64,000 nt of DNA from Squalus acanthias (Eukaryota). The stretch spans positions 131,442,001-131,506,000 of the forward strand of contig CM059431.1 of NCBI GenBank assembly GCA_030390025.1, given 5' to 3'. The position numbers and the translations under genes were made by a program. Shown here piece by piece: positions 1 to 12,230 of this stretch (its first letter is position 1; each line of letters begins with the position of its first letter). The notes under the pieces were generated by a model. It did not search any database. It saw only the letters and a list, made by a program, of their open reading frames with translations, and was not told where the DNA came from.

Positions 1-188
1 GGGGGCGGAAATTGCGATGTCAGTGGAGTCGGTGGAACACTCCTACTCATTCTGGCTCCACAAGAAGAATGAGCACAACGCATATCAATTTCTACCACAT
101 CATTTTTTGTAGGTCTTACCTCCTCCTGTCTGTCTCTGTTTTTTCCCTATCCAAACACCAACCCCCTCACCGCCCCCCCCACCCCCAT

Positions 189-189
<1 letters not shown>

Positions 190-243
<54 letters not shown>

Positions 244-253
244 CACACACACA
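190..253. repeat. (CA)n microsatellite with short (TA)n interruption
   Basis: Dinucleotide run read directly. Confidence 0.95.
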
Positions 254-682
254 CGTGCAATCTAGAATGCTGTTACCAAGTAGTATTTCATCTAATAGCT
301 ATTCAAAATTTGTAAAACATATCCAAAGAAGGCAGGCACGATGAAATGTTAATTAAGGATGGAATTAAGATTCCATCCTTTGGGAGCCACTGGGCTCCCT
401 GAGAGCTGTTACTTTAATCAGTATAAAGTGAATGTTGTTTTTTAATACAAGGATGATTAAATTTGATATAAAACTGTAGAATATAGTTAGCAAGATTTTA
501 CAATTATATGTGGAATTCGAATAGCGCCATGGCATGGGTTTAACCAGCTATCTGACCAAAGGTGTTGTTGAAGATGATAGGGCATCTGATTTGTTACCTG
601 TAGCACCACTCATACTCTCAGATAGAGCCAGATGCCCCCTCATCCCACCATATTCCAGAACAAATTATATAACAAGCCAAGA

Positions 683-817
683 TAGACAAAAGCAAAATAC
701 TGCGGATGCTGGAAATCTGAAATAAAAACAGAAAATGCTGGAAATACTCAGCAGGTCAGGCAGCATCTGTAGAGAGAGAAACAGAGTCGTTTCAGGTTGA
801 TGACCCTTCGTCAGAAC
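683..817 (-). mobile_element. Penelope-like element terminal fragment with degenerate hammerhead motif
   Basis: Reverse complement matches the tails at 10075-10175, 20820-20960 and 60629-60765. Confidence 0.75.
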
Positions 818-1044
818 AGATAAGACTCCAGTTAATGTTAGCTGCCAGGACCTGCTGCCCACTCCTGACCCAAGAAGGAAGAATGTCAGGCCTGTCACTC
901 TGAAGAGGGGAAGAACATTTGGCGGGGGTTAATCAATCCAGCTGTGCTTTTTCTATTTTGTAAGAAATCTCGATTACCTTCACTGTCCTGTACCATCATT
1001 ATCATGTGTCATTAGACAGGTTTTTTTTAAATCTGGTGGATCCA

Positions 1045-1947
1045 AGGTGCAAAGTAGGATACCGAGAAACTCCAGGATGATCTGGACAGGTTGGGTGAGT
1101 GGGCAGAAGCGTGGCAGATGCAATATAACGTGGATAAGTGCGAGGTTATCCACTTTGGTGTCAAAAACAGAAAGGCAGACTATTATCTGAATGGCAATAG
1201 ATTGGGAGAAGGGGAAGTGCAACGAGACCTGGGTGTCCTTGTGCACCAGTCGCTGAAAGTAAGCATGCAGGTGCAGCAGGCGGTGAAGAAGGCAAATGGT
1301 ATGTTGGCCTTCATAGCGAAAGGGTTTGAGTATAGGAACAGGGATGTCCTGCTGCAGTTGTACAGGGCCTTGGTGAGACCACACCTTGAGTACTGTGTGC
1401 AGTTTTGGTCGCCTTATCTGAGGAAGGATGTTCTTGCCATGGAAGGAGTTCAGCGAAGATTCACAAGGCTGATACCTGGGATGGCAGGAATGACATATGA
1501 GGAGAGATTGGGTCGATTGGGCTTATACTCGCTGGAGTATAGAAGAATGAGAGGGGATCTCGTCGAAACATATAGAATTCTGACAGGTCTGGACAAACTA
1601 GATGCAGGAAGAATGTTCCCGATGGTCGGAGAGTCCAGAACCAGGGGTCATAATCTAAGGATAACGGGTAAGCCATTTAGGACAGAAATGAGGAAGAATT
1701 TCTTCACCCAGAGAGTGGTGAACCTGTGGAATTCTCTACCACAGAAGGTAGTTGAGGCCAAGTCATTAAATATATTCAAGAATGAGTTAGATATATTTCT
1801 TAAAGCTAAAAGTATCAAGGGATATGGGGAGAAGGCAGGTACAGGGTACTGAGTTTGGATGATCAGCCATGATCTCATCGAATGGCGGAGCAGGCTCGAG
1901 GGGCCGAATGGCCTACTCCTGCTCCTATCTTCTATGTGTCTATGTGT
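1045..1947 (+). mobile_element. CR1 LINE, 5'-truncated (ORF2 C-terminus and 3' UTR)
   Basis: ORF 1091-1852 has CR1 motifs WQMQYNVDKCEVIHFG, LVRPHLEYCVQFWSP, FFTQRVVNLWNSLP; ends in ctatgt-type tail repeats. Confidence 0.93.
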
Positions 1948-2251
1948 TAAAAAGTACAATAGAACAATTCAATCACAACGGAATCAGTTTAATTTCAAAT
2001 AAACTGCATACATATATGGGTTTATGGATAATTTTACTTGTCGGATGTTGTCTCAAGTCTGTGAGAACACATATTCATTCCTAGATTTGATGTCTTTTTG
2101 TGCATGACCTACTCACTGACCAAGGGAATGTCTGTAGTAGGGTGTCCTAATATGGATCAACCTCTAAATCAAATTCTGAAAAAAGCCTATGGATGATTGT
2201 ATTTAATCTCGAGGAAGCCTAGATACATGTAGGCTATTGGTAAAACACTGT

Positions 2252-3937
2252 GGCCGTGAAATTCCCGTGCTTAGCGCCGGCTGTTATGGTTGGTTTGAAG
2301 CAAAAAATGGTGCTCGTCACGCTTCCGCCGACTTCTAGCGCGGCCCACGCTGGTCGCCATCATGGGAAAGGCGAGAGCGCGAGCGTTACCTGTGTGCACC
2401 AGAAGAATTCAGATGAGGTAGATCATGACGTCAATCAACGTGTAACGCTGATTTGACACATGACCTGCCATATTGGACGTCACCGCTCCACTGTACGCCC
2501 TTTCTTAAACACGCGCAGCTGAACGTGTGTTCAGCTGCACAACAGACCCGCACCAGCTCTACCTTAAGGGACACATGCAACTTTGAAGTAAGTTTTGCTT
2601 TTTGCTTTTGTACTGGTTCCTGTACAGTTTATTTGAGTGGTGGCTTGGTGTAAGACATTTTAAACATTGCTAAAGTGTGCAGGGAGTGTTGCTGGACGTT
2701 TGCAAGGTATTGGCACTTAAAGGAGGGCCTCTGAGAACACCACTTGCCCCCAGTCCTGGGGGCTCTAGTTGCAGTCCCCCTTGGACTGCAACTATCACAT
2801 GGAGATGGAGCAGGGGAGTGGGGTGGGGGGTGGAAGCAAGATGTGCATGCTTACACCATCAGCAGTTTGCAAGTGAGAAGAGATTGTGGGATGAGGGGGA
2901 AGTTGGATGTGAGAAGGAGAATTAAGTATGAGCATACAGTCATTTTGAATAGTTTCAACATCACCGCTCGCCACGGGCTCAGTGGCGGCCCTCCAATTAT
3001 CTGCAGCACCGTCTCCTCCATAGCGGTGAGAACATGTAGCCATGCCTGTCCCCCGCTGGTTCGCTACTGCTCTCTCCTGTTATGCGCCACCTTGTCCTGC
3101 AAGCGAAAGGGAAGTGTGTCAGTGAGTGCGGTGCAATGTGTTTGGGTGATGCACCTGTCATGGTTGAATAGCTGACAGTGTGTGCATTGTGTGAGATGTG
3201 GGTGTAAGGCTTGCAGCAGAGATAAGTGTGTGAGGGTGAGGTGAAGCTAGGAATGTGAGGTGAAGCTAGGAATGTGAGGTGTGCCTCGTGTTTAGTAGAG
3301 ATTGTTGGTAGGTGAGTGATGGGGGTGTGGTGCATTGAGCATTGTATGAGGCTAGTAGTGCAGTTGGTAGGAGACGGCTTTTGAAGATGCATTCATTGAC
3401 CTTGACCACTCGTGTGAGGTCATTAAACCTCTTTTGGCACTGGAGCCATGTCCTGGAGGCGACATTGCTGGCAGTGACCGCCTTGGCGATTTGGTCCCAC
3501 ATCCTTCTTCGTGTTTCTGGAGGGCGTCCTGGCCCCTGTGGATAGAGGACCTCTCCTCCCGTGTTCACCTCCTGCACAAAGGCTTTTGAGTGCTGCGTCC
3601 GAGAACCTGGGTGCCCTTTGCCTGGCCTGTTGAGCCATTTTGCTTTGTGCTGAAGCAGTTTTACAATTTTTGAAGGCAGCGCACCTTTAAGAAGTGCAGA
3701 CTGCCTTTAAGAGGCGCAGGCTAGCTTTAAATAAAGCTAGCCTCGCGCGAACCTTGGCCCCCTGCTGCATGCAAAGCCACTCAGCAGCGCGCTCGGCACT
3801 GGGCTATGCACTGCTATCATGCAAAGTAGCAGGCAGCACAACATTTACGTGCTGCCTGCACTCCTTTCAACGGGCGCAGGCTGATCGCGCATCGCGATCC
3901 CCGTGTCTGTTTTCAAGAGCTATCGAATTTAGTCCCC
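2252..3937 (-). mobile_element. Non-autonomous Harbinger derivative retaining Myb/SANT exons 1-2
   Basis: Ends GGCCGTGAAATTC and GAATTTAGTCCCC (imperfect TIR, flanks TGT/TTT); internal Myb pseudo-exons. Confidence 0.65.
2938..3638 (-). pseudogene. Harbinger Myb/SANT-like DNA-binding protein, exons 3638-3401 and 3096-2938
   Basis: MAQQARQRAPRFSDAAL...WDQIAKAV...RTWLQCQKRFNDL then GT donor; ttgcag acceptor then DKVAHNRREQ*RTSGG; frameshift and stop present. Confidence 0.85.
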
Positions 3938-3974
3938 TTTTTCTTTTAGTATCAAAATACATTTTAAATTTTCC

Positions 3975-4200
3975 AAGTAGCTCAGTAAGTTTACACAGTG
4001 AGTCCAGCCATGCAGACCAGCTGTGTCTCGGCTCTGTGCTGACTTAGCTGATCTCAGCCTCAGCAACAGTTGAGGCATGATAGTTGTCCTTAGTGCCGCT
4101 GGGTTAAGATGGGAGAATCGGAACGAGTTCCCACTCTTGATTACTAACTTGTGACAGCTTCTGGAAGAGCACATAGGTAGACATTAGGTAAGGACTGTGT
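3975..4200 (+). mobile_element. Old SINE-like repeat fragment, family unassigned
   Basis: Shares TTAGCTGATCTCAG...CCTYAGTGCC core with 52610-52790; A-box-like TAGCTCAGT at start. Confidence 0.45.
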
Positions 4201-4300
4201 TGGGTTCATCTGTGAGGTACCGCATGGTTGAGTAGATTATAGACAATCATTGTTGAGATCTTTGCATGAATAATTGTCACTTGTGTAAGGAACTGGAAAG

Positions 4301-5787
4301 CAACCAGTGCCTGGGAACTGGACCCCAACAACCAGTGCCTGGGAACTGGACCCCAACAACCAGTGCCTGGGAACTGGACCCCAACAACCAGTGCCTGGGA
4401 ACTGGACCCCAACAACCAGTGCCTGGGAACTGGACCCCAACAACCAGTGCCTGGGAACTGGACCCCAACAACCAGTGCCTGGGAACTGGACCCCAACAAC
4501 CAGTGCCTGGGAACTGGACCCCAACAACCAGTGCCTGGGAACTGGACCCCAACAACCAGTGCCTGGGAACTGGACCCCAACAACCAGTGCCTGGGAACTG
4601 GACCCCAACAACCAGTGCCTGGGAACTGGACCCCAACAACCAGTGCCTGGGAACTGGACCCCAACAACCAGTGCCTGGGAACTGGACCCCAACAACCAGT
4701 GCCTGGGAACTGGACCCCAACAACCAGTGCCTGGGAACTGGACCCCAACAACCAGTGCCTGGGAACTGGACCCCAACAACCAGTGCCTGGGAACTGGACC
4801 CCAACAACCAGTGCCTGGGAACTGGACCCCAACAACCAGTGCCTGGGAACTGGACCCCAACAACCAGTGCCTGGGAACTGGACCCCAACAACCAGTGCCT
4901 GGGAACTGGACCCCAACAACCAGTGCCTGGGAACTGGACCCCAACAACCAGTGCCTGGGAACTGGACCCCAACAACCAGTGCCTGGGAACTGGACCCCAA
5001 CAACCAGTGCCTGGGAACTGGACCCCAACAACCAGTGCCTGGGAACTGGACCCCAACAACCAGTGCCTGGGAACTGGACCCCAACAACCAGTGCCTGGGA
5101 ACTGGACCCCAACAACCAGTGCCTGGGAACTGGACCCCAACAACCAGTGCCTGGGAACTGGACCCCAACAACCAGTGCCTGGGAACTGGACCCCAACAAC
5201 CAGTGCCTGGGAACTGGACCCCAACAACCAGTGCCTGGGAACTCGACCCCAACAACCAGTGCCTGGGAACTGGACCCCAACAACCAGTGCCTGGGAACTG
5301 GACCCCAACAACCAGTGCCTGGGAACTGGACCCCAACAACCAGTGCCTGGGAACTGGACCCCAACAACCAGTGCCTGGGAACTGGACCCCAACAACCAGT
5401 GCCTGGGAACTGGACCCCAACAACCAGTGCCTGGGAACTGGACCCCAACAACCAGTGCCTGGGAACTGGACCCCAACAACCAGTGCCTGGGAACTGGACC
5501 CCAACAACCAGTGCCTGGGAACTGGACCCCAACAACCAGTGCCTGGGAACTGGACCCCAACAACCAGTGCCTGGGAACTGGACCCCAACAACCAGTGCCT
5601 GGGAACTGGACCCCAACAACCAGTGCCTGGGAACTGGACCCCAACAACCAGTGCCTGGGAACTCGGACCCCAACAACCAGTGCCTGGGAACTGGACCCCA
5701 ACAACCAGTGCCTGGGAACTGGACCCCAACAACCAGTGCCTGGGAACTGGACCCCAACAACCAGTGCCTGGGAACTGGACCCCAACA
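4301..5787. repeat. 28-bp minisatellite, about 53 near-identical copies (CAACCAGTGCCTGGGAACTGGACCCCAA)
   Basis: Direct tandem repeat; only two variant units seen (near 5244 and 5664). Confidence 0.98.
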
Positions 5788-6179
5788 AAGAATCAATGCC
5801 TTCAGAAAAGAATAGGAAGGGGAAAATAATTGGGGGGAAAAATAACTGTAGATTTGTTTAATATAATAATGTAGCGGTTTTAGATATGACATATGTGCAT
5901 CTCACCAGTAAATACGTTTCATTAGGGAGGCATGAAGTGCTGGAACTGGAGCAGAGCAAATTTCTCCATCTAATTTGACCTGATCTTTGACTCTCCAGCA
6001 CAAATGCACTTTCCTGCCCTTTTGACATTTTCTTTTATAAAGCTTTAAAGTCTGTCAACACTGGATCACTGCTTCCAATAAACAAGTTGCTCATGCCAGT
6101 GGGAGGCTCAGGAGGAGGCTTTAGTGTCAAGTAAGACCTAAACTTGACAAACCAACTGTGGACCGAGTCAGCATCCATC

Positions 6180-6485
6180 TCCCTAAAACAACTTGTGGCA
6201 GAATTGTGCGTACGAGGTGTGTACGCGCACACATTCTGTGCGTACAGAACTGTCAAAAGTATGAAAGGGGATTCTCTTCTTCCATTGGTTGAGCTGGCCC
6301 ACGTGATCCCGGGGCGCTTGTGAACCGCATTCGCCCCTGGGATACCTGGGCCTCTGCGCATTTCGAAGAGGAGAGGCCCAGGATCGCAAGCCTCGGGATC
6401 TACGGAACCAGCAGGTAAGTTCGTCGATTTTTTTCCAATCGGAGGCATCCGCCTGCAGGAAGCCTCTGATCGGAAATGCAGGGTC
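6180..6485 (-). mobile_element. Harbinger-type MITE fragment related to 57753-58505
   Basis: 6250-6345 matches reverse complement of 57890-57990 (GGCCCACGTGATCCC core); right end GAAGCCTCTGATCGGAAATGCAGGGTC followed by TTA. Left end not located. Confidence 0.6.
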
Positions 6486-7499
6486 TTAGAGTTTCCATGT
6501 TGCTCTTCAAATTCAACTACTTCACTACGTCTGTTTAGATCTTTATTATTATTCTTTATTTCATTTTCTGTGCAGGTGGATTTATAAAGAAAATCCAAAT
6601 GAAAAAGAATAGTGCAGATTAAATCATTGTGCATGTGTGAATATGGACTGATGAGTAGCCGACTTTTTTGCATTAGAGTGGCTACAAGGATAATATGAGA
6701 TTGACTTTTCAGACTGTAGACATTGAGGCACTTCAGATAGTTATAATTGACCTGGAATGCTGCAGATTTCAAAACACAGCATCTTAAACTTACCGCTTTG
6801 GTAAGTTAAGACTACAGCCAGATATTAGTTCAAACTATTCAGGTTTAGCACCTTAATGAGTAGAAGCAAGGGACTTGATCTATGTTAATGAATGTAGTAA
6901 AAAGCAGAGAATCGAAACCAAAGCAAAAATCCAAAAATAATTATGTTTGGAAACTAACATTATTTAGTCTTTTGAATAATTCTTTGAACATAAAAGAATA
7001 CATCTTCTGGTATCATTGCTCATGGTAAACAAGCAGAATAGACACGGCATGGGGGTGGTTGTAAAGTTGGCCAGCAATTGATATCTGCTGTGTGCAAACT
7101 TCTGGTCAGACCTTGAAGTGGACCTAAGATGCTCTCACCAAAAACAGGTCAGAGCTTCATTTTAATATCTAAATCTATTGTAATGGATGCCTGTTCGTGC
7201 GCATGCAATTTCCAGTGATTCTTGCAAGGAATGTTCTGCACCAAGTTTGCCCATATAAAATGGGTGAAAGGGTAGTCACATTCTGGGTAGTCGCCCATTT
7301 AAAAGGGGACTCACTGTGATTGGAGAAAAATCTCACAAAGTCGTATTATTCTTTTAGCTTTGTGCTTGGTTATTTTCAGTGTTACTTTTTGTCTTTTTTG
7401 AGATTTTTGGTCAATAGTTGGCTGACAGATTTTAGTTACTGTAATTATAATTGTAAAAATAGGCAAAAAGGGGAATTTCCATTGGATTTGTATTATTTG

Positions 7500-8480
7500 G
7501 AAGAAGAGGATAAGAGGGATGAGAGGCAGGTCAGATTGCATCAGGAGCAGACTGCTCACACCCTGCTTTAGCCATGAAGCATATCTACAGGCAGAAGCAC
7601 ATCTACCTTGGAATTAGTTTGAAATAGGCTTACTGCCTTTGTGAGCTCTCTGTCACCAGGAAGGCAGGAACAAAGTTGTACTGTCTCCTAGGATCTGACC
7701 TCTAGCTGACCTCCAGCCAACCTCCATCACGGCACTGCCAGTTTTTGTCAAGGTCAATACATCCTGAACATATATGTTTGGGTCATTGTTACTGATGTCC
7801 CCTGTGGCAGTGTGGCAATCAATCTGCAATTCACAAATGTAGCAAGCAGGTGACTGATCTGTTGTTTGCTATGGCAAATAATTCTTCATGGACAATCTGC
7901 AGCAGAATGAGAAGGCTGCACAATTTTTCTGCATGTCCTGGAGATCATTAACATCCATTTGGCCCTGATGAGCCTCTGCACACAATCCCATGCCCTTCAT
8001 GAATGGCAAGGGCTTCTACTGTAACAATTTGGAAGTTATCTTTGAACACCAAAATAGGGTCATGTAGGGATACTTTTATGTTAAGGCAATCCACCATGCC
8101 AGGATAGGTAAGGATGGTTCCTGGGAGATCTAGACTACACTCTTCAGCCCTGGCTCTGAGACAGCTACAAGCAATAGCATAATGCAGATACAATGAGGCG
8201 CATGTAGCGATAGAATCATCATCAAGCATACTATTAGGCATCTTGGAACAATGTTCAGATGTCTGGATACTTCAGGTGGCAGAGCTTGCTAGAGCCTTGC
8301 AGTCTGCTACATGCTCTGCAATTTTGCCATCCAAAGACGCATAAGCATGGAGCAGTTGGAAGAGGCGGACATCAACCCAGAGCCAAGTCCAGAGCAAGAT
8401 AAAGAGACAGAGGAGATTCCTGCTGAGCCACTTTTACAGGCAACAGAAGCTATATTGCAGGCTTTCATTGATTAGACCAT
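7500..8480 (+). pseudogene. Highly decayed Harbinger transposase
   Basis: Residual peptides LPVFVKV, LRQSTMP, FRCLDTSGG, VCYMLCNFAI are colinear with the transposase at 12231-13453. Confidence 0.75.
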
Positions 8481-8639
8481 CACTATGTGCTCTATCTGCT
8501 CAAAGCATCAACAGTTCTTTCTGCATTTGTATAATGATATAATATATCCTCATCCATATTGACCTGTGCATTAACTCACCTATCATCCCATTATTTTAAT
8601 CAGGTAGGAAGATATTCTACAATCTGTAATTGAAAATCA

Positions 8640-8940
8640 GGACACAGTAAGCTAAATACTTACTTTGTATCAGTCTTCACAGTAGAGGATGAGGATAAAG
8701 TACCGGAGATCTGAGGAAAAGTAAAAATAAATCATGGGGATGAACTTACTGGATTTATATTGGTAAAACAGTGGTTATGGAGAAAATAATGAGATTAAAG
8801 ATAGAAAAATCTCCAGGACCTGATGGTTTCCACTCCAAGGTTTTAAAAGAAGTTGGTGAAGAAATTATAGATGCTCCAGCCATGATCATTCAAAACTCTT
8901 TTGGTTCAGGATTGTCCCCTTGGTTTGTAAAATTGCTAAT
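8640..8940 (+). mobile_element. Decayed CR1 ORF2 fragment
   Basis: KSPGPDGFHSKVLKEV-like motif preceding the RT domain. Confidence 0.7.
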
Positions 8941-9660
8941 CAACTAAAATTGCTGGAGTTGCCGCTTTATCATTTAGTGAAACTGTTGTTGTTACATAAT
9001 AATTTTTCAGTCTGTAGTTTGGGGAAAGAACAGTAATAAAGTCGGTGAAGCCATTGCAGAATGTCCATGGGCAAACCTCTGCCCATCTGTGACACTACCT
9101 ATCTCAGGATTGCTGCAGGAATAAATTGTGTCAGCTGGCATCTAAATAAATAAAGAATAGCCAAAAATTAGAACAACAATGGAAATACTGAGCCAAGGCC
9201 TGGGACTTAGCCCTGAGCCCTGACCAATCCTCCCAGCTGCTACCTGTAGCTTTCTACATGCTTCATTTACCACAGTTTTGAGATGGGAAACCATTTATCC
9301 TTGTAGTGAGTTGAATCTGACAAGCTAGTAATCTGACTGTACACTCAGCATCTTCCTTTCAGCAGCAATTCTGTATTTAACGAGAACAACTCTATTTATC
9401 ATGATTTTCATGTTTTATTCACTGTTGGTGTCTTTGCAACTCTAAAAAGTATTACTGTGGGCCTAGTGATACTCCTATAACAGTCATTCAAATATCTCTG
9501 CATATCAGTACCTTTTTGGTAAGGATAATATTTATTCTTTTGTACTACTTTCCCTTGATTGTTATTGTAGCCCTAAATGATAAAGGCACAGCAAGAGTTG
9601 TGTTTGTGCGTGGAGAATTATGTAGCATAAAAACAACTTACATTTGTTGGAAAAGCAAAG

Positions 9661-10175
9661 TTAATTCTCCACTCCCACTCTGACCTCTCCGTCTTCAGCT
9701 TCTTACACTGTTCCAACGAAGCTCAACATAAGCTCGAGGAACAGCACCTCATCTTTTGATTCGGTACTTTACAGCCTTCCGGGCTCAACATCGAGTTCAA
9801 CAATTTCAGACCATAACATGTGCCCCTATTTTTTCATATGGCAGCTGTTGATGATTCTGCCATTCCCATTTACACCTCTTCTAGAATCATCTTTTGTTCC
9901 TTTACTTGTCCCATTACTATCTCCTTTTGCCTTGCACCATCATCCCTTTTTATCTTTTAATCTCTTCTGCCTTCCACCCAATCACAGACCTTCCCTTTTG
10001 TTCTTTCCTCCCCTCCCCCCCCCTTTACCAGCCCCTGCACTTGCTTAGAAACTGTTACATCTCTAACTTTTTCCAGTTCTGACGAAAGGTCATTGACCTG
10101 AAACGTTAACTCTGTTTCTCCCTCCACAGATGCTGCCTGACCTGCTGAGTATTTTCAGCATTTTCTGTTTTTATT
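9661..10175 (+). mobile_element. Penelope-like element 3' fragment (GIY-YIG endonuclease C-terminus plus terminal repeat)
   Basis: Encodes HCSNEAQHKLEEQHLIF*FGTLQPSGLNIEFNNFR, then pyrimidine-rich tract and hammerhead motif. Confidence 0.85.
10075..10111 (+). ncRNA. Minimal type I hammerhead ribozyme motif
   Basis: AGUU-CUGACGA-A-[AGGUC auu GACCU]-GAAAC-GUU-AACU: core boxes, stem II, 4-bp stem I, loopless palindromic stem III. Confidence 0.65.
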
Positions 10176-10184
10176 ACATTTATT

Positions 10185-10350
10185 GTGTTACGGGGAAAGA
10201 CTGGAGAAGCTGGGGTTGTTCTTCTTCGAGCAGAGAAGGTTAAGAGGAGATTTAGTAGAGGTGTTCAAAATCATGAATGGTTTTGACAGAGTAAATTAGG
10301 AGAAACTGTTTCCATTGGCAGAAGGATCGGTAACCAGAGGACACAGATTA
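10185..10350 (+). mobile_element. CR1 fragment
   Basis: RLEKLGLFFFEQRRLRGDLVEVFKIM-like coding remnant. Confidence 0.8.
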
Positions 10351-10683
10351 CAGGGCTGTGGGCAATGTTCCCTCTTAAATTTTTTTGGTGCACGGTCCCT
10401 TTAAGTGGCTGTGCTGCCCATTCAAATTTTCACGCAAGCGCGGTTTCTCCTATATAAAAGCCAGTGATTGACCTGCGACGGACCTCCAGACCGCTGCACG
10501 GCCATGCTTAAGAATGGCAATGAAACTGAATATCAGACACTGCGTATAACGGGTGGCCGATCCAATACCGCCCGCTTTGCGCCACCGCCTGAAACGCATT
10601 TCTAGGCCTCTATCTTTGTTAAGCATCGAACCCCTTAGTTAATTGTCCAGCAGAGAACTGCTAAACTTTACCATAGACATGTA

Positions 10684-11507
10684 GGGCTGAATTTTGATAC
10701 TGGGGACGTGATGGAGGCGGGACTCCCACTTTTTGGGTTGTAGTCCCGCCTCCATCGACTTGTGGCCAACCCACTGCATTTTCACTTGATTGACCTTGTT
10801 GAGCCTGCCCAGCGAGCTCAGCAGGCCAATTAAGGGCCACCCGGCAACAGATGACGTCACAGATTGACATTTCATCTGTCAAGAGCTTTTGACAGATGAA
10901 ATATCGGCGTTTGACAGCTCGGTGAAGCTGTCAAACACTGACAATCAGTCTTCTAACTTGAGTCCTTCCTCTCAGGCTGAGTTAGAAATCATTCCAGCAC
11001 AGAAAACAGAGGCTGCAGTTTTTGACAGCACCACGGCCATTCTGCTTTCTGTGCCGGTGAGATTTCTGACTCCCGAGACCTGAAGGGCTGACACCTGCAG
11101 GAGGAAGTTAAGGTAAGTAAAACTTTTTCCCACACTTTACACTTACCTTACACACTTACCTCTGCACACATGCACCCATCACTCACCTGCCCACCGGACA
11201 TATCGACCCCTGCAGACCCACGGTCCGCCTCGCTAACTTGCCGTGGTTGGGACCTGTTGGGAAGCCCACATTTCACGAATCAAAATAGGGATTAGGCAAA
11301 AAACTGCCTGTTAACAGGGAGTTTATTGCCACTAATCCCCTTCCTGCCTCGGGGAGGCGGGTCCCAGCACAGGTCGGGCACCCGCCTCCAGTGAAACTGG
11401 CATGGAGGCGGGTTGGGGGAGGGATGGATTCGGGACCCCCGAATCTGCAACTTTAACCCCCCACACGCCTCCAAACCCGCCTCCACGGGTCAATGAAAAT
11501 CCAGCCC
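10684..11507. mobile_element. Non-autonomous Harbinger (MITE), family A
   Basis: TIR GGGCTGAATTTT / AAAATCCAGCCC, TSD GTA; ends shared with 28822-29480. Confidence 0.88.
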
Positions 11508-12230
11508 GTAGTCACTCACCAGCTGGTTTGAGTCAATGGTGAAACTGGAACCAGCTTCCAGTACAGTTTAAAATAAGGTTTGTGACTGCTTCATTGCTAG
11601 GTTTTCTCTCCATTTACTCTGTTCAATTATATCACTTTTTTTTTTTAATTGTTGCGATTTAAATGCTTATTAACGAGACGTTATGATGCTGATGGATGAT
11701 GAAACATCATCTTCTGACTTTCAGACAGTATGGCTGCAATTTTGCCGGCGGGTCAGAGGTTAAAATAATTTTGATTGACGGCGGGTTCCGACCCCGCCGT
11801 CAACCCACCTCCACGCAACTTTGCCAAGTGCCGGCTCTGGGAGTCTCGATCGGACCCGCCACCAAGCGGCGGGAGAGGTACTTAAGGCAGTTAACAGCTT
11901 GTTAACTACCTACATAATCCGATTTTTGCAGGGTCTTGCCATTAATTTGGACATTTTCAGTGTGTTCCACGCCATTCGCGTCGGGTTCAGCAAGTGCCTG
12001 ACTTCTTGACAGCTGCAGCTCCAGCATAAAAGCGGAGCTCTCAACAAGGCTCACTTTCAGATGACAGAACTTTGTTTTTTGAGGTGTTGGAACACTGTTT
12101 GCAGGTCTACTGAGCTTGTAAGTGGTGAAGCTGAGATCCATATGCACTGTGACCTCCTGGGAAAACTCTCTTCCCACATTGACTGAGCGTTTATAACTTC
12201 TAGTCCTCAACTGAGATATCTACCAGCAGC

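Noticed and set aside
1..70. Possible Harbinger end at window start (GGGGGCGGAAATT)
   Set aside because: No partner TIR or TSD can be assessed at the edge.
4206..5892. CRISPR array, or 500-aa ORFs in all six frames
   Set aside because: Units abut with no unique spacers and no cas genes; ORFs arise from a stop-free 28-bp unit.
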